A stretch of DNA of 31,035 nt, taken from the NCBI RefSeq assembly GCF_003334255.1, contig NZ_QOWU01000060.1; one strand, 5' to 3'. Shown one piece after another: positions 7,974 through 18,494 of this stretch. Below the pieces are notes generated by a model that was given only the letters and a program-made list of their open reading frames with translations, searched no databases and had not been told where the DNA came from. Every line of letters begins with the position of its first letter. The first letter of the stretch is position 1. Source of the stretch: Escherichia coli (GTDB lineage Bacteria; Pseudomonadota; Gammaproteobacteria; Enterobacterales; Enterobacteriaceae). The translations under genes and the position numbers were made by a program.

Positions 7974-8564
7974 TTATTGCTGAAAAATTATACCAATATT
8001 GCTCTCACCCGCCTCACGCAGGTCTGCCCTAAGGCCTTTTATCAGCTCGATATCGCGTTCTTCGCACTCAGCTAAAAGTCGGAATATTTCCCACTGAATG
8101 TCCCATTCTTGCTCTACAGCTGGGTTTTCTTTAAGCTCTTCATCGCTCATTTCGCGACCAGCCTGAGTCATTTCCAGCATCGCAACGGTCGTGATGGAGG
8201 TCTTACTCACTTCCACCGCGTGTTCGAGCGTTTCACCACTCAAACGCGAATGGACCAGTTCACTTAACGCCACGCAGGCATCGATTGCCGGATAAACGCC
8301 GTACAGATCGAAATCGTCGGCTGAAGGAATCGCTTCTTCAAATTTCTCCAGTTGGCTGTCGAAATTTACTTTTGCGTCTTTAACGGTCAGCGTTTCCCAG
8401 ATGAGATCGAGAATGCGACGGTAAATTTGCCCATCACCAAAACCGGTTTGCTGGCAGAACATGGCGTAATTGGGGTACATGCGTTCGCATAAGCAAGCCA
8501 TGAAAGTGACATGCTGCCAGCTTTCCAGGCGCTCCAGACGCAGATGAATTGGGTTTTGTAACAT
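7974..8564 (-). CDS. yjaG: conserved protein of unknown function (DUF416 family)
   Basis: 196-aa ORF MLQNPIHLRLERLESWQHVTFMACLCERMYPNYAMF...; position between nfi and hupA matches K-12 synteny. Confidence 0.9.
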   Translation of the reverse strand: MLQNPIHLRLERLESWQHVTFMACLCERMYPNYAMFCQQTGFGDGQIYRRILDLIWETLTVKDAKVNFDSQLEKFEEAIPSADDFDLYGVYPAIDACVALSELVHSRLSGETLEHAVEVSKTSITTVAMLEMTQAGREMSDEELKENPAVEQEWDIQWEIFRLLAECEERDIELIKGLRADLREAGESNIGIIFQQ

Positions 8565-8606
8565 GTTGAGTTCTCAAATACGGAAATTATCCGCAGTTTA
8601 CCTGAA

Positions 8607-9278
8607 TTAGGGCTGATTTGCTGTATAGCGCACGAACGCCGGACGTTCCGAGGCCACCGCGTCCGCCCAGCGCGTTGGCTCCGGCAGACGATAGCCTTTC
8701 ATGCAGCGTTGTACCCACGCCAGCGCGCTGTCCACGCTGACCCGATGGCCGGTAGCGATAAACAACGGGTTACAGCGCGCTTTGCTGCGCCAGACCCAGG
8801 CCAGCTGCTCGCCTTTATCCATCAGTGGGGCCAGCGCGCCCGGTTCGCTGGAGAGCGGTTCGAATTTACCGCAGAGCCGTTTTTTCGCCACGCCAATGGT
8901 CGGCACATCCACCAATAAGCCAAAATGGCTGGCGACGCCAAGACGGCGAGGATGCGAGATCCCATGACCATCGACAAACACTAAATCCGGCTTTTGCGAC
9001 AGCATCTCCCACGCTGCCAGCAGCGCAGGATATTCGCGGAAGGAAAGAAAACCTGGAATGTAAGGCATGGTGGTGGCGATGCGGGCAACTTTATACTCGA
9101 CCAGCTCAAGCGAGGGATATTTCAGCAGCACCATCGCCGCTCGCGTCACTTCTCCGCCCTGCTCAAACCCGACATCGGCTCCGGCGATCAGATCCGGTGG
9201 ATCTTTATCGAGTCGATCCTCGCGGATCACAGAAGAAGCCAGTTCGATTTGTTGAGCGCGTAATGACGCGAGATCCAT
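8607..9278 (-). CDS. nfi: endonuclease V (deoxyinosine 3' endonuclease)
   Basis: 223-aa product [40 protein letters not shown]...; ATG at 9278 preceded by AAGGAG; the track's 2 extra N-terminal codons come from an upstream GTG. Starts 9 bp after the hemE stop. Confidence 0.95.
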
Positions 9279-9287
9279 AATCACTCC

Positions 9288-10352
9288 TTAGCGGTGATAC
9301 TGTTCAGACAGTCGATGCACTGCCTCCACGAACACGCCAGCATGTTCTGGCGGCACATCCTGATGAATGCCGTGACCAAGGTTAAAGACATGACCTTCGC
9401 CGTGACCGAAACCTGCAAGTATAGTCGCTACTTCTTCTTCAATGCGGGCAGGCGGCGCGTACAGCATCGACGGATCCATATTACCCTGCAACGCGACTTT
9501 ATTGCCCACACGGCGGCGCGCATCGGCGATGTCCGTTGTCCAGTCGAGGCCCAGCGCATCGCAACCGGTTTCTGCCATGGCTTCCAGCCACTGTCCGCCG
9601 CCTTTGGTAAACAGCGTGACCGGTACGCGGCGACCGTCGTTTTCACGCAGTAAACCATCAACAATTTTATGCATGTAATAGAGCGAGAACTGTTGATAAT
9701 CGCGCCCGGTAAGCACGCCGCCCCAGGTGTCGAAAATCATCACTGCCTGAGCACCGGCTTTAATCTGCGCATTCAGATACAAAGTGACGCTTTTCGCCAG
9801 TTTATCGAGCAGAGCGTGCAGCGCCTGCGGATCGGCATACATCATTTTTTTGATCACGGTGAAGGCTTTGCTGCTGCCGCCTTCCACCATGTAGGTCGCC
9901 AGCGTCCACGGGCTGCCGGAAAAACCAATCAGCGGCACTTCGCCTTTCAGTTCGCGACGAATGGTACGCACCGCGTTCATCACGTAACCCAGTTCATCTT
10001 CCGGGTCCGGAATTGGCAGTTTATCGACGTCAGCTTTGCAGGTGACTGGCGAGGTAAAACGCGGACCTTCTCCGGCTTCAAAATAGAGCCCTAACCCCAT
10101 CGCGTCCGGCACGGTGAGGATATCGGAAAAGAGGATCGCCGCATCCAGCGGGTAGCGACGCAGCGGTTGCAAAGTCACTTCGCACGCCAGCTCGGCGTTT
10201 TTGCACAGCGACATAAAATCGCCTGCCTGGGCGCGCGTGGCTTTATATTCCGGTAGATAGCGACCCGCCTGGCGCATCATCCATACTGGAGTGACATCAA
10301 CGGGCTGGCGCAGCAGCGCCCGCAGATAACGATCGTTTTTAAGTTCGGTCAT
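9288..10352 (-). CDS. hemE: uroporphyrinogen decarboxylase
   Basis: 354-aa [39 protein letters not shown]... (URO-D signature); RBS AAGGAA. Confidence 0.97.
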   Translation of the reverse strand: MTELKNDRYLRALLRQPVDVTPVWMMRQAGRYLPEYKATRAQAGDFMSLCKNAELACEVTLQPLRRYPLDAAILFSDILTVPDAMGLGLYFEAGEGPRFTSPVTCKADVDKLPIPDPEDELGYVMNAVRTIRRELKGEVPLIGFSGSPWTLATYMVEGGSSKAFTVIKKMMYADPQALHALLDKLAKSVTLYLNAQIKAGAQAVMIFDTWGGVLTGRDYQQFSLYYMHKIVDGLLRENDGRRVPVTLFTKGGGQWLEAMAETGCDALGLDWTTDIADARRRVGNKVALQGNMDPSMLYAPPARIEEEVATILAGFGHGEGHVFNLGHGIHQDVPPEHAGVFVEAVHRLSEQYHR

Positions 10353-10391
10353 TTTGGCTGTTCCTTAGTGCGTCAGGCGGTCAGTGTATCA

Positions 10392-11165
10392 TCACTCATA
10401 CTCTGCCCGACACATCGCCACCGTATCTTCTATCAGACGGCGCGCTACGGTGCCGGGCGGCGGGAGTAACGGCAAATCGTCATAGCGATACCAGTTCGCC
10501 TCGAGCAATTCTTTCGGGTCGATCACGATGTCGCCGCTGTCATATTCCGCCATAAACGCGGTCATTAAAGACTGAGGAAACGGCCACGGCTGAGAAGTCA
10601 CGTAACGCAAGTTTTTAACTTTAATTCCGCTCTCTTCCATCACTTCCCGCGCGACTGCCTGCTCGAGGGTTTCGCCCACTTCGACGAATCCGGCAAGTAC
10701 TGTATGGACACCGTTACGATGGCGGGTATGCTGGGCGAGGAGGATCGAATCATCGCGACGGATGGCAACAATAATGCAGGGGGCGATTTGCGGGTAGTAA
10801 CGCTCACGGCAATGGCTGCACAGCATCGCCCATTCGGTTTTGCTCGGATACATTTCATGCCCGCAGTAACCACAGTATTTATGCGATCGGTAAAACTCCG
10901 CCAGTTGTACGCCTCGTCCGGCCAGTTGAAACAGCCCAACATCGAGATCAATGACCTGACGTACCGACCCCATATCGTGACGCCGCTGCTGTTGTACTAA
11001 CCAAACAGGTTCCCCCTGCCATTCGCCGATTTGTAGTGCGCGCTGACCCACAAGATCGAAATTTGCCGCTTCGCCATATGGCAATTCTCCCTTCGGCAAC
11101 CATAATTTTTGTTCATGGCTGACGACCCACCAGCCGTGATCTAATTTTTCAATTATACGATCCAT
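10392..11165 (-). CDS. nudC: NADH pyrophosphatase (Nudix hydrolase)
   Basis: 257-aa ORF with a C4 zinc motif (CGYCGHEM...CSHC) and Nudix box [22 protein letters not shown]. Confidence 0.96.
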
Positions 11166-11259
11166 AGCTCTTGCACTACCTTTGCATCACTGGCATGTTT
11201 AACATGGTTTTTACATTTCTCACTGAGCAGTTTTTGAATACAAACTTGCGGAGTCAATC

Positions 11260-11736
11260 ATGCTTAACCAGCTCGATAACCTGACGGAGCGCGTCAGAGG
11301 AAGTAACAAACTGGTTGATCGCTGGCTACATGTACGTAAGCATCTGCTCGTGGCTTACTACAATCTGGTTGGCATTAAGTCTGGCAAAGAATCGTACATG
11401 AGGCTAAACGAAAAAGCCCTTGATGATTTTTGTCAGAGCCTGGTCGATTACTTGTCTGCCGGACATTTCAGTATTTATGAGCGCATTCTTCATAAGCTGG
11501 AAGGCAACGGGCAACTCGCGCGCGCCGCGAAGATTTGGCCGCAACTCGAAGCCAATACTCAACAGATTATGGATTACTACGATTCCAGTCTGGAAACCGC
11601 CATCGATCATGATAATTACCTTGAGTTTCAACAGGTTTTATCTGACATCGGCGAGGCGCTGGAAGCGCGCTTTGTGCTGGAAGATAAGCTGATTCTGCTG
11701 GTGCTTGACGCCGCCCGCGTCAAACATCCTGCTTGA
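11260..11736 (+). CDS. rsd: regulator of sigma D (anti-sigma70 factor)
   Basis: 158-aa ORF MLNQLDNLTERVRGSNKLVDRWLHVRKHLLVAYYNLVGIK...; divergent from nudC. Confidence 0.96.
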   Translation: MLNQLDNLTERVRGSNKLVDRWLHVRKHLLVAYYNLVGIKSGKESYMRLNEKALDDFCQSLVDYLSAGHFSIYERILHKLEGNGQLARAAKIWPQLEANTQQIMDYYDSSLETAIDHDNYLEFQQVLSDIGEALEARFVLEDKLILLVLDAARVKHPA

Positions 11737-11762
11737 GTTCTGCGCTGTTAACGCGTAATTTA
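11734..11762 (+). promoter_or_regulatory. candidate thiC promoter
   Basis: -35 TTGAGT (11734-11739), 17-bp spacer, -10 TAATTT (11757-11762); predicted start about 200 nt upstream of thiC, consistent with a riboswitch-containing leader. Not verified. Confidence 0.35.
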
Positions 11763-11789
11763 CATTCAATGCCCCATTTGCGGGGCTAA

Positions 11790-11880
11790 TTTCTTGTCGG
11801 AGTGCCTTAACTGGCTGAGACCGTTTATTCGGGATCCGCGGAACCTGATCAGGCTAATACCTGCGAAGGGAACAAGAGTT
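11790..11880 (+). promoter_or_regulatory. TPP (thiamine pyrophosphate) riboswitch / THI-box in the thiC leader
   Basis: Conserved THI-element core CGGAGUGCC...GCUGAGA...GAACCUGAUCAGGCUAAUACCUGCGAAGGGAAC, 90-180 nt upstream of the thiC ATG. Confidence 0.88.
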
Positions 11881-11965
11881 AATCTGCTATCGCATCGCCC
11901 CTGCGGCGATCGTCTCTTGCTTCATCCGTCGTCTGACAAGCCACGTCCTTAACTTTTTGGAATGA

Positions 11966-13863
<1,898 letters not shown>

Positions 13864-13864
<1 letters not shown>

Positions 13865-14499
13865 TGTATCAGCCTGATTTTCCTCCTGTACCTTTTCGTT
13901 CAGGACTGTACCCGGTGGTGGACAGCGTACAGTGGATCGAACGTCTGTTGGATGCAGGCGTACGTACTCTCCAGCTACGCATCAAAGATCGGCACGATGA
14001 AGAGGTGGAAGCCGATGTCGTGGCGGCAATTGCGCTGGGCCGCCGCTATAACGCGCGATTGTTTATCAACGATTACTGGCGGCTGGCGATCAAGCATCAG
14101 GCGTATGGCGTCCATTTGGGGCAGGAAGATTTGCAAGCCACCGATCTCAATGCCATCCGCGCGGCAGGCCTGCGGCTGGGCGTTTCGACACATGACGATA
14201 TGGAAATCGACGTCGCGCTGGCAGCACGCCCCTCTTATATCGCGCTGGGACATGTGTTCCCGACGCAAACCAAACAGATGCCTTCTGCACCGCAGGGGCT
14301 GGAACAGCTGGCACGGCATGTTGAGCGACTGGCGGATTATCCCACCGTGGCGATTGGCGGTATCAGTCTGGCACGCGCGCCTGCGGTGATAGCAACGGGT
14401 GTCGGCAGTATCGCCGTCGTCAGCGCCATTACTCAAGCCGCAGACTGGCGTTTGGCAACGGCACAGTTGCTGGAAATTGCAGGAGTTGGCGATGAATGA
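13864..14499 (+). CDS. thiE: thiamine-phosphate synthase
   Basis: 211-aa product [21 protein letters not shown]...; ATG at 13864 overlaps the thiC stop (TGATG); the track start at 13861 is a GTG one codon upstream. Confidence 0.95.
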
Positions 14500-15247
14500 C
14501 CGTGACTTTATGCGTTATAGCCGCCAAATCCTGCTCGACGATATCGCTCTGGACGGGCAGCAAAAACTGCTCGACAGCCAGGTGCTGATTATCGGTCTGG
14601 GCGGGCTGGGTACACCTGCTGCGCTGTACCTGGCGGGCGCTGGCGTCGGGACGCTGGTACTGGCAGATGACGACGATGTGCATTTAAGCAATCTGCAACG
14701 ACAAATCCTCTTTACCACTGAAGATATCGATCGCCCGAAATCGCAGGTCAGCCAACAGCGACTGACACAGTTGAATCCCGACATTCAACTGACAGCATTA
14801 CAACAACGGTTAACGGGTGAGGCGTTAAAAGATGCGGTTGCACGGGCCGATGTGGTGCTCGACTGTACCGACAATATGGCGACTCGCCAGGAGATTAATG
14901 CCGCCTGCGTGGCACTCAACACGCCGCTTATCACCGCCAGCGCGGTCGGATTTGGCGGTCAGTTGATGGTACTGACGCCGCCCTGGGAGCAGGGGTGTTA
15001 CCGCTGCCTGTGGCCAGATAACCAGGAGCCAGAACGCAACTGCCGCACGGCGGGCGTGGTTGGCCCGGTGGTCGGGGTTATGGGCACTTTGCAGGCACTG
15101 GAAGCCATTAAGTTATTAAGCGGTATAGAGACACCTGCGGGAGAACTCCGACTGTTCGACGGTAAATCGAGCCAGTGGCGCAGCCTGGCGTTGCGCCGCG
15201 CCAGTGGTTGCCCGGTATGCGGAGGAAGCAATGCAGATCCTGTTTAA
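14492..15247 (+). CDS. thiF: ThiS adenylyltransferase (ThiF/MoeB family)
   Basis: 251-aa product [17 protein letters not shown]... with GLGGLG nucleotide-binding motif and CxxC...CxxC zinc motif; ATG at 14492 overlaps the thiE stop by 8 nt. The track start at 14399 is an upstream extension inside thiE. Confidence 0.94.
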   Translation: MNDRDFMRYSRQILLDDIALDGQQKLLDSQVLIIGLGGLGTPAALYLAGAGVGTLVLADDDDVHLSNLQRQILFTTEDIDRPKSQVSQQRLTQLNPDIQLTALQQRLTGEALKDAVARADVVLDCTDNMATRQEINAACVALNTPLITASAVGFGGQLMVLTPPWEQGCYRCLWPDNQEPERNCRTAGVVGPVVGVMGTLQALEAIKLLSGIETPAGELRLFDGKSSQWRSLALRRASGCPVCGGSNADPV

Positions 15248-15431
15248 CGATCAAGCGATGCAGTGCGCCGCCGGGCAAACTGTTCACGAACTACTGGAGC
15301 AACTCGACCAACGACAAGCGGGCGCGGCTCTGGCGATTAATCAGCAAATCGTCCCGCGTGAGCAGTGGGCGCAACATATCGTGCAGGATGGCGACCAGAT
15401 CCTGCTTTTTCAGGTTATTGCAGGGGGTTGA
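15231..15431 (+). CDS. thiS: sulfur carrier protein ThiS
   Basis: 66-aa product [24 protein letters not shown]...LLFQVIAGG with C-terminal Gly-Gly; RBS GGAGGAAG at 15221-15228; overlaps the thiF 3' end by 17 nt. Confidence 0.93.
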
Positions 15432-15432
15432 A

Positions 15433-16203
15433 ATGTTACGTATTGCGGACAAAACGTTTGATTCACATCTGTTTACCGGCACAGGGAAATTCGCTTCTTC
15501 ACAACTGATGGTGGAGGCGATCCGCGCTTCCGGCAGCCAGCTGGTGACACTGGCGATGAAACGTGTCGACTTGCGCCAGCACAACGACGCTATCCTCGAA
15601 CCGCTTATCGCGGCGGGTGTGACCCTGCTGCCAAATACATCCGGGGCGAAAACAGCGGAAGAAGCCATTTTCGCCGCCCATCTGGCTCGTGAAGCGTTAG
15701 GCACAAACTGGTTAAAATTAGAGATTCACCCTGACGCCCGCTGGCTGTTGCCCGATCCCATCGAAACCCTGAAAGCCGCCGAAACGCTGGTACAACAGGG
15801 ATTTGTCGTGCTGCCTTACTGCGGGGCCGATCCGGTATTGTGTAAACGTCTGGAAGAAGTCGGCTGTGCAGCGGTGATGCCGCTCGGCGCGCCGATTGGC
15901 TCGAATCAGGGACTGGAAACCCGCGCCATGCTGGAGATTATTATCCAGCAGGCCACAGTGCCGGTGGTTGTCGATGCTGGCATCGGCGTTCCCAGCCATG
16001 CCGCGCAGGCGCTGGAAATGGGGGCCGACGCGGTGTTAGTGAATACGGCGATTGCCGTCGCGGACGATCCCGTCAACATGGCGAAGGCATTTCGTCTGGC
16101 GGTAGAAGCAGGCCTACTGGCACGTCAGTCCGGACCGGGCAGCCGCAGTTATTTTGCTCATGCCACCAGCCCGCTGACCGGATTTCTGGAGGCATCGGCA
16201 TGA
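15433..16203 (+). CDS. thiG: thiazole synthase
   Basis: 256-aa product [20 protein letters not shown]...; ATG 1 nt after the thiS stop. The track ORF from 15175 is an out-of-context upstream extension. Confidence 0.95.
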   Translation: MLRIADKTFDSHLFTGTGKFASSQLMVEAIRASGSQLVTLAMKRVDLRQHNDAILEPLIAAGVTLLPNTSGAKTAEEAIFAAHLAREALGTNWLKLEIHPDARWLLPDPIETLKAAETLVQQGFVVLPYCGADPVLCKRLEEVGCAAVMPLGAPIGSNQGLETRAMLEIIIQQATVPVVVDAGIGVPSHAAQALEMGADAVLVNTAIAVADDPVNMAKAFRLAVEAGLLARQSGPGSRSYFAHATSPLTGFLEASA

Positions 16204-17333
16204 AAACCTTCAGCGATCGCTGGCGACAACTGGACTGGGACGACATCCGCCTGCGTATCAACGGCAAAACGGCTGCTGACGTAGAGCGGGCGCTAAATGC
16301 CTCGCAACTCACCCGCGACGACATGATGGCGCTGTTATCGCCTGCCGCCAGTGGCTATCTGGAACAACTGGCCCAACGGGCGCAGCGTCTGACCCGTCAG
16401 CGATTTGGCAACACAGTTAGTTTCTACGTCCCGCTTTATCTTTCCAATCTTTGCGCTAACGACTGCACGTACTGTGGATTTTCCATGAGTAATCGCATCA
16501 AGCGCAAAACGCTGGATGAAGCGGATATTGCCAGGGAAAGTGCCGCTATACGGGAGATGGGCTTTGAACATCTGCTGTTAGTCACTGGTGAACATCAGGC
16601 GAAAGTGGGGATGGATTACTTTCGTCGTCATCTCCCTGCCCTTCGTGAACAGTTCTCTTCACTACAGATGGAAGTGCAACCGCTGGCGGAGACGGAATAC
16701 GCCGAGTTAAAGCAACTTGGTCTGGATGGCGTGATGGTTTATCAGGAGACATATCACGAGGCGACTTATGCCCGCCATCATCTGAAAGGCAAAAAACAGG
16801 ACTTCTTCTGGCGGCTGGAAACGCCGGATCGGCTGGGGCGTGCGGGGATTGATAAGATAGGCCTCGGCGCGCTAATTGGCCTTTCCGACAACTGGCGCGT
16901 TGACAGCTATATGGTTGCCGAACATTTGCTATGGCTGCAACAGCATTACTGGCAAAGCCGTTACTCTGTCTCCTTTCCGCGCCTGCGCCCGTGTACTGGC
17001 GGCATTGAGCCTGCGTCGATTATGGATGAACGCCAGTTAGTGCAAACCATCTGCGCCTTCCGACTGCTTGCACCGGAGATTGAACTGTCACTCTCCACGC
17101 GGGAATCACCGTGGTTTCGCGATCGCGTTATTCCGCTGGCGATCAATAACGTCAGCGCCTTCTCGAAAACGCAGCCAGGTGGCTATGCCGATAATCACCC
17201 CGAGTTGGAACAGTTCTCACCGCACGACGATCGCAGACCGGAAGCGGTTGCTGCCGCGTTAACCGCTCAGGGTTTGCAGCCGGTATGGAAAGACTGGGAC
17301 AGCTATCTGGGACGCGCCTCGCAAAGACTATGA
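16200..17333 (+). CDS. thiH: 2-iminoacetate synthase (tyrosine lyase, radical SAM)
   Basis: 377-aa ORF with radical-SAM CANDCTYC motif; ATGA overlap with the thiG stop. Confidence 0.96.
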   Translation: MKTFSDRWRQLDWDDIRLRINGKTAADVERALNASQLTRDDMMALLSPAASGYLEQLAQRAQRLTRQRFGNTVSFYVPLYLSNLCANDCTYCGFSMSNRIKRKTLDEADIARESAAIREMGFEHLLLVTGEHQAKVGMDYFRRHLPALREQFSSLQMEVQPLAETEYAELKQLGLDGVMVYQETYHEATYARHHLKGKKQDFFWRLETPDRLGRAGIDKIGLGALIGLSDNWRVDSYMVAEHLLWLQQHYWQSRYSVSFPRLRPCTGGIEPASIMDERQLVQTICAFRLLAPEIELSLSTRESPWFRDRVIPLAINNVSAFSKTQPGGYADNHPELEQFSPHDDRRPEAVAAALTAQGLQPVWKDWDSYLGRASQRL

Positions 17334-17580
17334 GACGGAATGTAAGAACGTAAATTTATTCCGAGCCGCTACGGAAGATGAAAAACGCAAGGTTGTTGAA
17401 AGCGTTGTGTTTTTTTATGGTAGTGCCGTCAGCAGGAATGTTGTCCAGGGCGAAAAGCTTCTTCCTCGTTTCGCCCTGCCTTTCTTAAAAATTCCGTAAT
17501 GCAAAGTCTGAAGCCATCGCCTGTTGAGCAATGAAAGAGATCTGATTGTAAGAGAGTAAATACTCAACTATGATAGAGAC

Positions 17581-17745
17581 GAAAATAAGAACACATGTTC
17601 TCATCTTCCAGGATGCAGCAGACTGAAGAAATTCAGACATCCCGCAACCTGCGATTATCGCAAGGTCAAGGCAAAGTCCGGTAATGGCGTTCTGAATACC
17701 AGAGATAATTCTCTGGCGAAACCCACCTTAAGGTGGGTTTTGTTA
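17581..17745 (+). ncRNA. sroH: candidate small RNA in the thiH-yjaZ spacer (sroH-like)
   Basis: Sigma70-like promoter -35 TTGTAA (17546-17551), 17-bp spacer, -10 TATGAT (17569-17574), then about 165 nt to a terminator (stem AACCCACC-uuaa-GGUGGGUU, tail UUGUUAUUUU, 17714-17745). From memory, a ~160-nt sRNA sroH was reported between htrC/yjaZ and thiH; strand and exact ends not verified. Confidence 0.4.
17714..17745 (+). terminator. rho-independent terminator (plus-strand), abutting the yjaZ stop
   Basis: AACCCACC-TTAA-GGTGGGTT followed by TTGTTATTTT on the plus strand; the tail on the minus strand is not U-rich. Confidence 0.6.
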
Positions 17746-18282
17746 TTTTGAGGGCTGAGGAAGCTGCTTATTTCTCAATAAGTTGTAGGCAATGGTGAAA
17801 AATTTCACTGATTTACCTTTCTGTTTTTCAGAAATGGGATAAGCGCTAGTTACATGCAAACGGAGTTTTTTCTTTTCCCTGAAAGCCCTGAACGCAACAA
17901 AGTAAAATGCCTTATCTCCTCCGTCTAAGTCCACCTCAATCACGGCATAGCTACCATACCCGGCATGAATAACGTTGCTTTCTGGCAGCGCCAAAATAGT
18001 TCTTTTTAAGTGTGTGCGCGCTAAGTTATAACGGTGCTGGCAGAAGGGACGAGATTCTTTAGGCGCGTGGTACATTAACGATTGTTTTTCTTCGTTCGTC
18101 TGATGTTCATAATCTTTTGTGAAGCAGTGAAGAGAGTAGGTAACCCAAAAGCGATACTCTAAAGGCTCTTTGCCCTCATGATGCTGAACGTAGACAGCCT
18201 GATGAGCATCAAGAAATGATAAATCACGAATATCACCATCCGGATGTCCAAAAGGTCGCCACTTTTCCACTTCCTGTTTCAT
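17743..18282 (-). CDS. yjaZ: conserved protein YjaZ (HtrC, heat-shock-associated; function unknown)
   Basis: 179-aa ORF MKQEVEKWRPFGHPDGDIRDLSFLDAHQAVYVQHHEGKEPLEYRFWVTYSLH...; RBS AAGGAA; directly downstream of rpoC on the same strand, as in K-12. Confidence 0.9.
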   Translation of the reverse strand: MKQEVEKWRPFGHPDGDIRDLSFLDAHQAVYVQHHEGKEPLEYRFWVTYSLHCFTKDYEHQTNEEKQSLMYHAPKESRPFCQHRYNLARTHLKRTILALPESNVIHAGYGSYAVIEVDLDGGDKAFYFVAFRAFREKKKLRLHVTSAYPISEKQKGKSVKFFTIAYNLLRNKQLPQPSK

Positions 18283-18447
18283 TCTCGTTCCTTAAGAAAG
18301 TTACACAGGAATAGTATCGAATCCTTGCCGAGTTTGACTCAATTAGTTCAGTCAGTTTCAGGATATTAGTCATCTCTACATTGATTATGAGTATTCAGAA
18401 ATTCCTTAAATATTCTGACAAATGCTCTTTCCCTAAACTCCCCCCAT

Positions 18448-18473
18448 AAAAAAACCCGCCGAAGCGGGTTTTT
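18448..18473 (-). terminator. rho-independent terminator after rpoC
   Basis: Minus-strand RNA AACCCGC-uucg-GCGGGUU followed by UUUUUUAU, 22 nt after the rpoC stop; an A-tract on the other side makes it potentially bidirectional. Confidence 0.8.
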
Positions 18474-18494
18474 ACGTTATTTGCGGATTAACGA

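Noticed and set aside
11771-11795. Short hairpin GCCCC-ATTTGC-GGGGC plus TAATTTCTT after rsd as a possible rsd terminator
   Set aside because: The stem is only 5 bp with an interrupted U-tract, and it sits at or just after the predicted thiC transcription start, so it may instead be the 5' end of the thiC leader. Too ambiguous to call as a feature.
15175-15432. Upstream extension of thiG (342-aa track ORF), with similar extensions of thiF (from 14399), thiS (from 15204), nfi (from 9284) and rpoB (from 26856)
   Set aside because: The track takes the most upstream ATG/GTG/TTG in frame; the true starts were chosen by RBS position, known N-terminal sequences and expected protein lengths.
18283-18446. 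Sigma32 heat-shock promoter upstream of yjaZ (htrC)
   Set aside because: I looked for the CTTGAAA-N13-15-CCCCATnT pattern on the minus strand and found only a partial CTGAAA with no CCCCAT-like -10; a weak sigma70-like TTGAGT...GATACT is present but unconvincing. No promoter called.
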